This document shows, piece by piece, positions 27,094 to 36,474 of a stretch of DNA of 64,000 nt (positions are counted from its first letter, which is position 1; each line of letters begins with the position of its first letter). The stretch comes from a virus. Made by a program: the position numbers and the translations under genes. The DNA is taken from positions 96,001 through 160,000 of IMG/VR virus record IMGVR_UViG_3300020045_011333, one strand, 5' to 3'. Under the pieces are notes generated by a model, which worked only from the letters and a program-made list of their open reading frames with translations, was not told the DNA's origin and searched no databases.

Positions 27094-28116
27094 TCATCCA
27101 TAGTTATCTCTCATGAAAATTGCACTATGTTCATCAATAATTTGATTTAAATGCATTTCATATATAACTTCATCCATCCAAGCCTCATCGACTTTTTCAG
27201 GTAAATCAGATACTAACATCAATTGTTCTAATTTGTCAAGGTTATTTTCTAACATATTAGCAATTTCACGATACGGATGCTCGCCTCGTTTAATGGTTAA
27301 TAGTTCTTGAGCATTATACCTAGGGAAAATAATATCGCCCGTTTGTAATAATTCCATGGCTTGCTCTGATACTCTAATGGCATGATAGAGGGCTTTCCAA
27401 TCCACACCTTCGTTTTTCTCAGCCGCAAGCGCTCTAGAGCCAAATTCATCAAAGGCTCGTTTATAGATGGCGTAAGCTTCTTTTAAAGCAATGTTGTAAC
27501 CTACTTTACGATTAACTACTTCCAAATATTTCACTAATTCAGCGGAACCTTTAGCTACGGGTAGTTCAATAATTTCAGCATGTTCATTGATTAAGCAAAA
27601 ACATTCAAAGTAATGTTCAAAGTCAGGAACATCTTTGATTTTGGCTGTTGCTCCGTAAGCGCTGATCCATGAACCGAAAAGCTCTGTGGCGTTACGAGCC
27701 GCTGCTACTCGTGATCCTCGAATCCCATATTTGTTGGATTGTTGCCGACAGTAACCTACGAAGCCTTTGATATCACGAGCAATTAATTTATTTTTGTTAG
27801 GAAGAATTGTATCTTTCCATTCATTAGACATAAATTCTGCTTGTTCTTCTCTGACATGCAATAGTTCTTGCGCCACCATATCTCCACGGCGGAGCATATC
27901 AAAAAATTTAAGAATAGAGAAACTTTCATCATCCACATCATCTACAGTATTTTTAACTTTATCACTGCCAGTTGATTTGGAGATTACTTTTTGAGTGTTT
28001 TGCATAATAAGGCTTTTGGCGTCAGGTACGTGCACACCTTTATAATCAGTATCACTAGTTGGTGTTGTTGTTCCGTAAAGCGCAGACCCAAACTTCAGAC
28101 GAATTAATGAGTGCAT
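27094..28116 (-). CDS. Pol-beta superfamily nucleotidyltransferase (RlaP-like)
   Basis: FGSALYGTTTPTSDTDYKGV; DWKALYHAIR; LLTIKRG. Confidence 0.8.
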   Translation of the reverse strand: MHSLIRLKFGSALYGTTTPTSDTDYKGVHVPDAKSLIMQNTQKVISKSTGSDKVKNTVDDVDDESFSILKFFDMLRRGDMVAQELLHVREEQAEFMSNEWKDTILPNKNKLIARDIKGFVGYCRQQSNKYGIRGSRVAAARNATELFGSWISAYGATAKIKDVPDFEHYFECFCLINEHAEIIELPVAKGSAELVKYLEVVNRKVGYNIALKEAYAIYKRAFDEFGSRALAAEKNEGVDWKALYHAIRVSEQAMELLQTGDIIFPRYNAQELLTIKRGEHPYREIANMLENNLDKLEQLMLVSDLPEKVDEAWMDEVIYEMHLNQIIDEHSAIFMRDNYG

Positions 28117-28118
28117 AA

Positions 28119-28307
28119 TTATTCCCTAATAATATCCATTCGATTAAATGAATCTGTTTCAACCCAACTTGTCACCTTTTTACCATCCAATTCATGAGTG
28201 ATAGTAATATATAATGAATCTTTTGTGGGCGTTGAAAAATCTATTACATTAACATATGTATAATGATCATAGTCTTTAATTAAAGTGATTTTCATGTTTT
28301 GTTCCAT
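28119..28307 (-). CDS. Hypothetical protein
   Basis: Packed ORF. Confidence 0.55.
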   Translation of the reverse strand: MEQNMKITLIKDYDHYTYVNVIDFSTPTKDSLYITITHELDGKKVTSWVETDSFNRMDIIRE

Positions 28308-28314
28308 TTACAGA

Positions 28315-28343
28315 ATAAAATAAGGGCGAAACATCGCCCTTAT
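28315..28343 (-). terminator. Rho-independent terminator after the TAXI-like gene
   Basis: ATAAGGGCGA-TGTT-TCGCCCTTAT-TTTATT. Confidence 0.8.
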
Positions 28344-28363
28344 AAAGTTGATTAAAGAGGATA

Positions 28364-29290
28364 TTACTGAAGGCCCTTAGCGCTTCGAACTAGCTTCTTG
28401 ACATCAGGAATAGTTAGGCCAACTTCACCAAAATCTTCTGGATGCTGTTCGGCCCAAGCATTAGAAAGAACAATTGCAGCAGTCACAGCGACAGTTGGGA
28501 CTGACTTATATCCATAAACAGCACCAGATGGCATAAGCTTTCCATAAGCATTACTAGGAATTTCTACATCGTCGTTCCAGACTGAAAGAGAATTACCCTT
28601 ATTATCCTTATAAACTACGTCATTGAAATCTTTATCTTCTACTTGCACAACAACTAGGTTGTCGGCAAACTTCTCTGCATTCTTCATAAACTGATTGCCG
28701 GGAGAACCAGTATAAGCCATGCAAGCCCCTTGACCGCCATTAAGCTTAACTAGAGCAGATGCGCCGCCCTCATTATCAAGTGGAACTTCCTTGTAGTCAC
28801 CGCCGCCATTATCGATATCTGCACGAATAAGACCGCGAAGAGTAACATCAGAACCACTGCCACGGCCTCCGGTGTAAACCTTAGTTGATTTAGTTAGACC
28901 TGAAAATTCCTTTACACCGCTATTACGATTGCATAGAAGAACAAACATTTCACTATAGAGATTTGGTTCTAGGGTTTGAATATTTAGACCACTAGCATTC
29001 TCTTTTGAGAATAGATATAGAGCATCACTCTGAGCCAGAGCGCCATCGCACTCACCGGAAGAGACCTTCTGAAGGTTTTCCCAAGAACCCGCAGTGGGAA
29101 CAACTTCTACATTAACCTGTCCCTTAAGCTGCTTCTGAAGCTGGAGGGCAGTAAATTCGTAATTACCTCCCTTCACTCCGGCGCAAAACTTTAGCGTAGG
29201 AACATTAGACTGAGCCATTGCAGGAACCACAGCCCCACCAAAACCAGCAAGTGCTACAACCGTAGCCATTACAAAATTCATCTTCTTCAT
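28364..29290 (-). CDS. TAXI-family TRAP transporter periplasmic solute-binding protein homolog
   Basis: Sec signal (MKKMNF..AMA-Q); GGNYE, TAGSWENL, ALAQSD and GSGS motifs; strong AAGGAG RBS. Confidence 0.75.
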   Translation of the reverse strand: MKKMNFVMATVVALAGFGGAVVPAMAQSNVPTLKFCAGVKGGNYEFTALQLQKQLKGQVNVEVVPTAGSWENLQKVSSGECDGALAQSDALYLFSKENASGLNIQTLEPNLYSEMFVLLCNRNSGVKEFSGLTKSTKVYTGGRGSGSDVTLRGLIRADIDNGGGDYKEVPLDNEGGASALVKLNGGQGACMAYTGSPGNQFMKNAEKFADNLVVVQVEDKDFNDVVYKDNKGNSLSVWNDDVEIPSNAYGKLMPSGAVYGYKSVPTVAVTAAIVLSNAWAEQHPEDFGEVGLTIPDVKKLVRSAKGLQ

Positions 29291-29365
29291 ATTATTTCTC
29301 CTTTAAAGACTCTCCAAAATTGGAGAGTTGATTATTTAATTTGGAACATCACCAACATAGTCAGT

Positions 29366-29692
29366 TTATGAAACCATGTCAACATCTTTTTTGAACAAAG
29401 GAATCATTTCTTGCCTAGAAAGAAACTTGTAATCTCTAACAATATATTTTTCAATAATTACAATAGCCTGTTTACCCAAAACTTCTACAACCAAATCAAA
29501 TTCAGATTTTACAGCATTACTACTTCTGTCATAGCTTTTAACGTCATGAGATAGTAATGTTTTCCCAATTTTTAGTGGAGTAGCATCATATACATATAGA
29601 TAAAGAACTGTTTTAGCTAGGTCGCGAGGAACACCTAATTCAAAAGCTAATTCCCTATAAAGATTTCCGCTATCTTCAACTTTTAATGCCAT
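29366..29692 (-). CDS. Hypothetical protein
   Basis: Packed ORF. Confidence 0.55.
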   Translation of the reverse strand: MALKVEDSGNLYRELAFELGVPRDLAKTVLYLYVYDATPLKIGKTLLSHDVKSYDRSSNAVKSEFDLVVEVLGKQAIVIIEKYIVRDYKFLSRQEMIPLFKKDVDMVS

Positions 29693-29693
29693 A

Positions 29694-29906
29694 TCAGTTA
29701 TACTCCATTAATTCATGTTGATCCAATAAATCTTGAAATTCTTCTATAATTTCCATAGCTCTACGAACTTTAGCTGCATCACTTGGGACCAAGTAATCTT
29801 CAGGCTCAATGTAGCCGCCAAACAGATCGTAGAAAAAATCTTGTGTAGATCCTATAATTGCATCTTCTTTAATTTTCATTTTTATTAATCTCACTGGTTC
29901 ATCCAT
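29694..29906 (-). CDS. Hypothetical protein
   Basis: Packed ORF. Confidence 0.6.
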   Translation of the reverse strand: MDEPVRLIKMKIKEDAIIGSTQDFFYDLFGGYIEPEDYLVPSDAAKVRRAMEIIEEFQDLLDQHELMEYN

Positions 29907-29940
29907 CTTTAACTACCTTTATAACTATTGTATTTTCTAA

Positions 29941-31680
29941 TCATGATGGTTTCCTATCTAGGGCTTCTTTAATCATTTTCAGCTTTTCTAAAACAATTTC
30001 CATCAAACGTTCTTCCAGTGAACCGGAAACAATGAGATAATGAATCAAGGCGTGAGCCTTTTGGCCAATCCTGTGAATTCTATCTTCACCTTGCTCAAGC
30101 AAAGCAGGGACGAAGCACAATTCGCCCATGACAAGATTCCATGCCTCAGTAAGGGTGATTCCGACACCTGCGGCATTTATATTTCCGATGAACAACCTAC
30201 AGTTATCATCATTTTGAAACCGTTCAACAGATTCATTTTTCTCTTTATTAGACATTCCACCAATAAATTTGACAGAAATATCTTCGAACGCGGCTGCTAC
30301 TTTATGAGCCACGGCGCGATGGACGCAAAGAAAAACTACTTTCTCACCGCTGTCAAGTAAATTTCTAACGTATTCAATCATCATTGAAAGTTTGGCTAAA
30401 CCAATTTCTTCCCTAGCTTGAGACATAGCTTCAAAATGAGAAGCTTCGTAATCATCATAATCATCTTCTTCACTGAAATTTTTAGTTCTTTCGTGAATAT
30501 TATCAATGAGTTTTCGTAATTCTTTATCTGTAATTTCTTGATAATCTTCTTCAGTCTTTTCACCGCTCATAATCATGAGGGCTTTAAGATTATCAGCAAA
30601 GATTTGCTTTTCTTTCTTGACTAACTTTGAAAGTCCATCATTCGGTAGTGTAACTATCTGCCTCCGTTTAGGAGGAAGCTCTTTCAAAACATCATCCTTT
30701 AGGCGACGAATCATGAAAGTTGTTCTGAGAAGTTCTTGAAACTCTGTTAGATTATCTGTTCCACTTGTATCCCAACCCCAAGGAGTTTCAAATGCGGCGC
30801 AGAATTTCTTTACGAATTTAATATAGTTACCAAAAACATTCTCGTGACCAAACGAAGAAATCATCACCCACATATCTAGAGGCTTGTTTAAGATAGGTGT
30901 ACCAGTCAAGAAAATTCTTTTAAGTGCCGGGATAGGAGCTAAACGATCACTTTTCTTTTTGCCTTGATAACCCAAGACTTGCTTAGTTTTTCCTGCTTTT
31001 TCATTTTTCAGAACGTGAGCTTCATCACAGACTAGAATATCCCAAGTCTTGGAATGAATTTTATCTCTGAATTTTTCTAGCATATCATAGTTTATGATAA
31101 CTACATTATCATCTTCGGGCCAAATATATTCAGTAGTTGATTTTTTAGTCCCTTCACTATCTATAATAATTTTTGGTTTGGTGTGAGCTATCCCAATAGT
31201 TAGACCAAGTTCTGGCCTGATCCATTTGATTGCTTCTTTTTCCCAATTAAGTTTTAGAGAAGCAGGAACTATAAGCAATACATTTTTAACTTTAGATGCA
31301 TTATTAATTACACCTAGTGCTTGGATAGTTTTGCCAAGACCCGGTTGATCCGCAATCAATGTATCATCACGCTCTAGTGCAAACGCAATACCGGCACGTT
31401 GAAACGGAAGATAGGATAGACCTTCAGGAACTAATAAAACATCATCATAATCTGTCGCATAACTTGCTTCAATTAATTGTTGCTTAATTATCTTAAGATT
31501 ATCCAACCTTTCACGGGCCGAATCAACACAATTCTCATAGAATTTCCGAGCCACATCATCATCTGATGTAACCCATTTACCTTCTATAAATTTAAAGCCT
31601 TGACGCTTTAGAACAAGACGTTCTTCAAAAGTACAACGGGCTACGTATAACCCGTTGATACGATTAATTTTTATTGTCAT
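29941..31680 (-). CDS. SNF2-family (HARP/SMARCAL1-like) helicase
   Basis: DQPGLGKTIQ, CDEAHVLK, LTGTP, RRLKDDV, GVGITLT and QGEDRIHRIGQ. Confidence 0.9.
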   Translation of the reverse strand: MTIKINRINGLYVARCTFEERLVLKRQGFKFIEGKWVTSDDDVARKFYENCVDSARERLDNLKIIKQQLIEASYATDYDDVLLVPEGLSYLPFQRAGIAFALERDDTLIADQPGLGKTIQALGVINNASKVKNVLLIVPASLKLNWEKEAIKWIRPELGLTIGIAHTKPKIIIDSEGTKKSTTEYIWPEDDNVVIINYDMLEKFRDKIHSKTWDILVCDEAHVLKNEKAGKTKQVLGYQGKKKSDRLAPIPALKRIFLTGTPILNKPLDMWVMISSFGHENVFGNYIKFVKKFCAAFETPWGWDTSGTDNLTEFQELLRTTFMIRRLKDDVLKELPPKRRQIVTLPNDGLSKLVKKEKQIFADNLKALMIMSGEKTEEDYQEITDKELRKLIDNIHERTKNFSEEDDYDDYEASHFEAMSQAREEIGLAKLSMMIEYVRNLLDSGEKVVFLCVHRAVAHKVAAAFEDISVKFIGGMSNKEKNESVERFQNDDNCRLFIGNINAAGVGITLTEAWNLVMGELCFVPALLEQGEDRIHRIGQKAHALIHYLIVSGSLEERLMEIVLEKLKMIKEALDRKPS

Positions 31681-31686
31681 GTAATA

Positions 31687-32058
31687 TTATTCATCATCTT
31701 TGCGGGTATAAAGATTTGCAATTAGCTTATCCATTGCTGTAATAGCTTCAATCAAATCTTCCTTGATATAGGTTTGCTTACGCTCTGCGATCTTATATAG
31801 CGTATCTCGGGCAGCATGACATTCAAGGAGGCTTAGGATTCTAGGTGAGCGGCCCACCTCTTTTTCTTTTGTAGGACCGATCAGAGAAAGAATGATGGTA
31901 TCACCCTTCCTCATCATGATCTGCTCTCCGGGGTAAAGCTCAGACATTTGCATAGCAAAAATCTTGGCTGCAAGTTCCGAGTTTTCACTGCCAAGGAATT
32001 TACCCTTTTGAGTCTCGATTACGTACTTCTTTTTGAATAAATAGCTTAACATGGTCAT
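31687..32058 (-). CDS. Hypothetical protein
   Basis: Packed ORF. Confidence 0.55.
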   Translation of the reverse strand: MTMLSYLFKKKYVIETQKGKFLGSENSELAAKIFAMQMSELYPGEQIMMRKGDTIILSLIGPTKEKEVGRSPRILSLLECHAARDTLYKIAERKQTYIKEDLIEAITAMDKLIANLYTRKDDE

Positions 32059-32073
32059 TCTTTGTTATTAGTT

Positions 32074-32415
32074 TCAATTTTGGTCTAAACTGTTCCAAGA
32101 AACATATTTAAATCCGATTAAGATATATTCTTCGTCATAAGCTTCATTATAGAACCATTGTTCCGCATTTTCTTTAGTGACGTGAACCATATCAAGGAAC
32201 ATTGGTTCGCCATACTCACTGTCTTTAACTACAGTAAGCCAACCATCTGTACTATTTACTCGTGTAAAATTTTCTCTAAATGTAGCATTTTCAAAAATTG
32301 CTACACTTAAATCATCAAACCTAACCACAACTTCGTCATGGACAGAGGTGTAAATGACTTCTACTTCTCCATAAAAGTCACTTACATATTTCTCATATTT
32401 ATTAGTTTCTGTCAT
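32074..32415 (-). CDS. Hypothetical protein
   Basis: Packed ORF. Confidence 0.55.
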   Translation of the reverse strand: MTETNKYEKYVSDFYGEVEVIYTSVHDEVVVRFDDLSVAIFENATFRENFTRVNSTDGWLTVVKDSEYGEPMFLDMVHVTKENAEQWFYNEAYDEEYILIGFKYVSWNSLDQN

Positions 32416-33407
32416 AAATTACTTTCAATCTTTTTAATGTACCAATCTCGTGAGGCTTGAGCCACACTTTTAGCTACAACTCTCCACTCCAAACCAGAAG
32501 CTTCCAATTCATTTACGCTTTCTTTTTTAACGTCTGCGCCAACCCATCCCATGAATGGGCCAATATTTTTACTATTTAATTCCCCATTACAAGCTTCAAC
32601 TAATCCCTGCTCACATCTAGCTTCAGTGACGAATTGTGTTGTGAATGTTTCAGTGCCAGCAAGAATAATAGGATCAATTGCTACAAGGGCTTTAAATTTA
32701 CTAACCTTAGAATTAGAATGGCTTTCACCTTTGGCTTTAAAGAGATACTGAGAACGGTATTTCTTATGTTCGCCTTTAGTCAGCCAGCCATCGGCAGGAT
32801 AGAATACAAAACCTTCGCCAATTCCATCAATACCAAACTTTTCTTTAATAAAAGGATCAGATTTATCACAATCATCTACAAGTAAAGAGATATCAGATGT
32901 AAATTTTTCCATAGAACTATGGAGACGAAAATCTACAACGAATTCAGATGTACTCCATGGTAGTACATAGGTGTTAGGCGTATCCATTACATATAGTTTT
33001 ATGTTATCAGGTTCATATACCCAAACATTTGTTTCGGGAAAATATACAGAAAAGGGGAAGAAAGCTTTCTTTTCAATCTGAGATACAGCTACACCTTTTT
33101 GAACTCCGGGACCGGCCCATTCTCCATAGATGATGAAAGTTGTGCCATCCATTGGAGTAATGTACTGCTTAACTGTCTCAAGCCAATTAGCAAAACCTGC
33201 GTTATCATTATCAATAGACACTAAGCCGGTACGCTTGCCGCCTTTAATAATACCATCAGAAGATACAACTATTGCTGCATTTGTCCCATGAAGTTTAACT
33301 TTTCCACGATACGTTACAGTAGGGCGATCTTCAATTTCAAAAGCCCGCTTAACCATAGCATTTACATCGCTGAACTTTTCAATACTTGGAAACTTAATAA
33401 ATGTCAT
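32412..33407 (-). CDS. RNA ligase, Rnl2 family
   Basis: KLHGTN motif I, YGEWAG, GEGFV and FKAKGE. Confidence 0.85.
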   Translation of the reverse strand: MTFIKFPSIEKFSDVNAMVKRAFEIEDRPTVTYRGKVKLHGTNAAIVVSSDGIIKGGKRTGLVSIDNDNAGFANWLETVKQYITPMDGTTFIIYGEWAGPGVQKGVAVSQIEKKAFFPFSVYFPETNVWVYEPDNIKLYVMDTPNTYVLPWSTSEFVVDFRLHSSMEKFTSDISLLVDDCDKSDPFIKEKFGIDGIGEGFVFYPADGWLTKGEHKKYRSQYLFKAKGESHSNSKVSKFKALVAIDPIILAGTETFTTQFVTEARCEQGLVEACNGELNSKNIGPFMGWVGADVKKESVNELEASGLEWRVVAKSVAQASRDWYIKKIESNL

Positions 33408-33759
33408 GATGGCCTCCTTTTAGATGTAAAACAGTATAACTATCTTCTGATTTTTCGATAATTTCCTGTTCCTTATATTCGTCTATAAAACCTTTATCAA
33501 TCCTAAAAGGATCGTCATCTACCCAAATAGAAATGTTTATTCCACGCTCTTCACAGACTTTTCGCTTTGCCCGATAATTACAATAAATAATAGGTATGCC
33601 AAAATCTTTAAAGTCTTGTGCCAATTCAACCGGCGTATCCATTCCTCTGGATGTGACTAGATAAATATTATGATTACTAGCTTGCATGATCGGAATAATC
33701 TGTTTCCACATTTCAACATCAGCACCGTAAGTTCCGTCATAGTCAAGCATTATGTTCAT
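33394..33759 (-). CDS. Small HAD-superfamily hydrolase
   Basis: LDYDGT, LVTSR and WVDD. Confidence 0.75.
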   Translation of the reverse strand: MNIMLDYDGTYGADVEMWKQIIPIMQASNHNIYLVTSRGMDTPVELAQDFKDFGIPIIYCNYRAKRKVCEERGINISIWVDDDPFRIDKGFIDEYKEQEIIEKSEDSYTVLHLKGGHHDIY

Positions 33760-33914
33760 TGTTTAAGTTTTTCTTCTAATTCCATAAATAACATTTGAGC
33801 CGTGGCTTCTGTAATTTTACCTTGCTCTAAGCGAACCGCAATTGTATTACCACTAACTAAAAAATTAAAATATTTACCAAAGTATTTATGACTAATATAC
33901 AGACTATTCTTCAT
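33756..33914 (-). CDS. Small hypothetical protein (52 aa, not in ORF track)
   Basis: MKNSLYISHKYFGK... fills the gap with ATGA coupling to the HAD gene. Confidence 0.5.
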   Translation of the reverse strand: MKNSLYISHKYFGKYFNFLVSGNTIAVRLEQGKITEATAQMLFMELEEKLKQ

Positions 33915-34404
33915 CTTCATCTTCGCTGTCAAATGTAACTATTTGAATGTCACCACCAGACATATTATCTAAATAAATAGCCGCTTTAACCGCTTCTACT
34001 GCTGACGCTCCATGAAACATGGCACCTTGAGCTATAGGACCACCAGAGCCAATAGAAATGAAATCTGCGGTAACTTCAATGCCCCTTAAAGAGCTTCCAT
34101 CATAAAGTGTTATTGTCCCGTCTTCACAAATAGATAATATATTAGATTCATAGGTATTTTTATTTTGCGGTGCGCCAGCGAAGATGCAATCAATATAATC
34201 AAGACAATCCGCAACAGCACCTGCATAACCTACTAAATAAGAAATTTCTTGTGGCTCTTTTCTTTTGATAATTCTATCAATCCAAGACAATTCCTCAACA
34301 GCTTTAATCTTCCTTACCTTAATGACATTTCCGTCATAAATATTATCTCCTGATGATTTTGAATCTGATGCAAGTACGCCGTCTCGGTATGCTACTGTTG
34401 TCAA
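33904..34404 (-). CDS. HslV/proteasome-like Ntn peptidase
   Basis: N-terminal (M)TTVA..LASDS; SIGSGG; SGG near the C-terminus. Confidence 0.75.
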   Translation of the reverse strand: MTTVAYRDGVLASDSKSSGDNIYDGNVIKVRKIKAVEELSWIDRIIKRKEPQEISYLVGYAGAVADCLDYIDCIFAGAPQNKNTYESNILSICEDGTITLYDGSSLRGIEVTADFISIGSGGPIAQGAMFHGASAVEAVKAAIYLDNMSGGDIQIVTFDSEDEDEE

Positions 34405-34926
34405 ATGCTTATTGCTCCTTCATTAAATTTCTTTATTTCGTCAAATGTGGCGGGAGCATAACCAAAATTATCGACACCAACATCTACACGATTCTTTCTA
34501 ATCGGCACTGTATCTGTTCTTCCATGAACATGTCCATGGAACATCCAAGCCTTTCTGAAATATCCATTCCATTCTTCAATAGGGTAGTGACAAAGAGTTA
34601 TTTTTTCTCCATTTAGATCAACTTCTTGATAAGGAAGTGCTACTTCCCAACCATCAGCAACAATGGTTTTCTCATTATCATGATTACCTATAATAAGAAA
34701 TTTTTTTCCGTGAAGCCGTTTTAGAAAGAAATCAGCATCGTTAGAAGATTTATAATTGAAATCTCCTAGGTGGAAAACTACATCTTCAGGGGTTACTTTC
34801 TCATTCCATCTACGAATTAATTCTTCGTCATGTTCTTTAATATCTTTGAAAGGACGACCATTGCCAAGTGTTAAAATTTTATTATGAGAAAAAGTGACTG
34901 TCAGATGTGAAAAATACATTAGCCAT
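34401..34926 (-). pseudogene. Calcineurin-like metallophosphoesterase with a +1 frameshift near its 5' end
   Basis: RBS AAGGAGG then MANVFFTSDSHFFS*; the HLGDF, IGNHD, CHYP and FHGHVH motifs continue in the +1 frame after a T5 run at 34889-34893. Confidence 0.75.
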
Positions 34927-35028
34927 TTGACTCCTCCTTTCTATCCCATCGTTTGCAGTGGGGGTTGCTACGAAAGTATTTTCGCAAGGTATGTTCTCAC
35001 ATTTTTTATAATTTTTTGGTCTGGCCAT

Positions 35029-35541
35029 TTATAAATACTTTTTAATATAATCAATTGCAATACATGAATCGTAGATATAATCGAAGTTTTCAGTCATGCT
35101 AGGAGCTTCATAGTTATCTTGCATATTTTTTAATACGTGTAAAGGAATATACTTCCCTTCCGAACCCACCCGCTTATAAAGTCTCCAAGCCCAATCTTCG
35201 GGGATTTCGAATACAACGGCAATCTTAACATAACTATCAAATTTGTCAAGGATTATCTTTCTCTTTTTGGAAGAAAGATTAGTCTGATCCCATACTACAT
35301 TAAACTCTTTGATTTTAGCCATACGAGCATCAGCTTCAATTAATTTGGAAGCTTCGCCAACGTAATCTTTAAAAACTTCATTATAAGTTTTATTCACATT
35401 CTTAGCAAAATTATCAATATAGTCATCAGAGGAAATAGTGAGAAATTCTAAACAAGTTTCTTGTTTAAGCCTTGTCCTGAACGTTGATTTCCCTGTCCCC
35501 GGAAGGCCTACTAGCATTATCAGTATTGGTTTCTTCATCAA
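35029..35541 (-). CDS. Polynucleotide kinase-like P-loop kinase (AAA_33; PseT N-terminal domain)
   Basis: LVGLPGTGKST, ISSDD, WDQTNL..KKR. Confidence 0.8.
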   Translation of the reverse strand: MMKKPILIMLVGLPGTGKSTFRTRLKQETCLEFLTISSDDYIDNFAKNVNKTYNEVFKDYVGEASKLIEADARMAKIKEFNVVWDQTNLSSKKRKIILDKFDSYVKIAVVFEIPEDWAWRLYKRVGSEGKYIPLHVLKNMQDNYEAPSMTENFDYIYDSCIAIDYIKKYL

Positions 35542-35650
35542 CTATTTCTTCTTTCTCTTCATCTTCAAAATTATAAATGAAAAATCTTCTTTCATCTTTC
35601 GATAAAGGAATTACATCTTTATTCCCTGAAGTAATAAACCAATTAAACAT
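35465..35650 (-). CDS. Hypothetical protein
   Basis: Short acidic ORF. Confidence 0.4.
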   Translation of the reverse strand: MFNWFITSGNKDVIPLSKDERRFFIYNFEDEEKEEIVDEETNTDNASRPSGDREINVQDKA

Positions 35651-36161
35651 TTTTATTCTCTTCTTCTTTCTGCCAAACAGGAGTAGTTCGATATTTAATC
35701 AAACTGTCCCAAAAGACGCGAGTTTCAGAGCCACGAGGTGCTGATAGATTAGTAGTAATCCCAACATCACCAAGAGGTGAAGCAGCAGTGATACGAACAG
35801 TGGAAAGAGGAGTGATGACTCCGACTTTAGTTTGGATCGCATCTGTTCCAAGAGGAACAGTGGCGTAAAGTTCAGGCTCATCTTCTTCATCCTCCATAAT
35901 TTCAACGGGATTTCTTAAAAAATAATCCAAATAAGTCGCTAAAGGACCATTAACATCCAATGTGTCTCTGTAACCATTCATCACAGGTACAACAGCATCA
36001 TAGAGTTCTTCTATTGCTTTTGAAATGTACTTATCTTCATATTTTTCAGGCCTGATATTATCTCTAAGATAATAAAATTGTTCAACCAGAGTTAATTCAG
36101 GATTGTATTCATATTTTGGTGTTGTTTTATCTGTAGACAATGGTATATCCATTTCTGCCAT
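35643..36161 (-). CDS. Hypothetical protein
   Basis: Packed ORF. Confidence 0.6.
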   Translation of the reverse strand: MAEMDIPLSTDKTTPKYEYNPELTLVEQFYYLRDNIRPEKYEDKYISKAIEELYDAVVPVMNGYRDTLDVNGPLATYLDYFLRNPVEIMEDEEDEPELYATVPLGTDAIQTKVGVITPLSTVRITAASPLGDVGITTNLSAPRGSETRVFWDSLIKYRTTPVWQKEEENKNV

Positions 36162-36474
36162 AATAGCCGTTCATGATGTGTTCTTCTATATATTTATACA
36201 TATCTAGATCAACTTCTGTGTCAGAAACTATGTCGTAAACCACACAATCCCTGTAAATATTAGAAACTGTATATTCTTTATCGTTATTACCGTTTCTATA
36301 GCTCCCACGATCTAGTGCGGCGTGTAGGTGATTTTTAAGATGGCCTATATTGTTCCAAATCTTTGGTTTCTTATCCCACCTAGGAGCGGAGCCACCACGG
36401 GAAAATAACCCGTTGGCAGGATTATAAATTACGAAGCCTTTAAGCTCTGGCTTTGGTATGTTGATTTTAACCAT
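36127..36474 (-). CDS. Hypothetical protein
   Basis: Packed ORF. Confidence 0.6.
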   Translation of the reverse strand: MVKINIPKPELKGFVIYNPANGLFSRGGSAPRWDKKPKIWNNIGHLKNHLHAALDRGSYRNGNNDKEYTVSNIYRDCVVYDIVSDTEVDLDMYKYIEEHIMNGYYGRNGYTIVYR

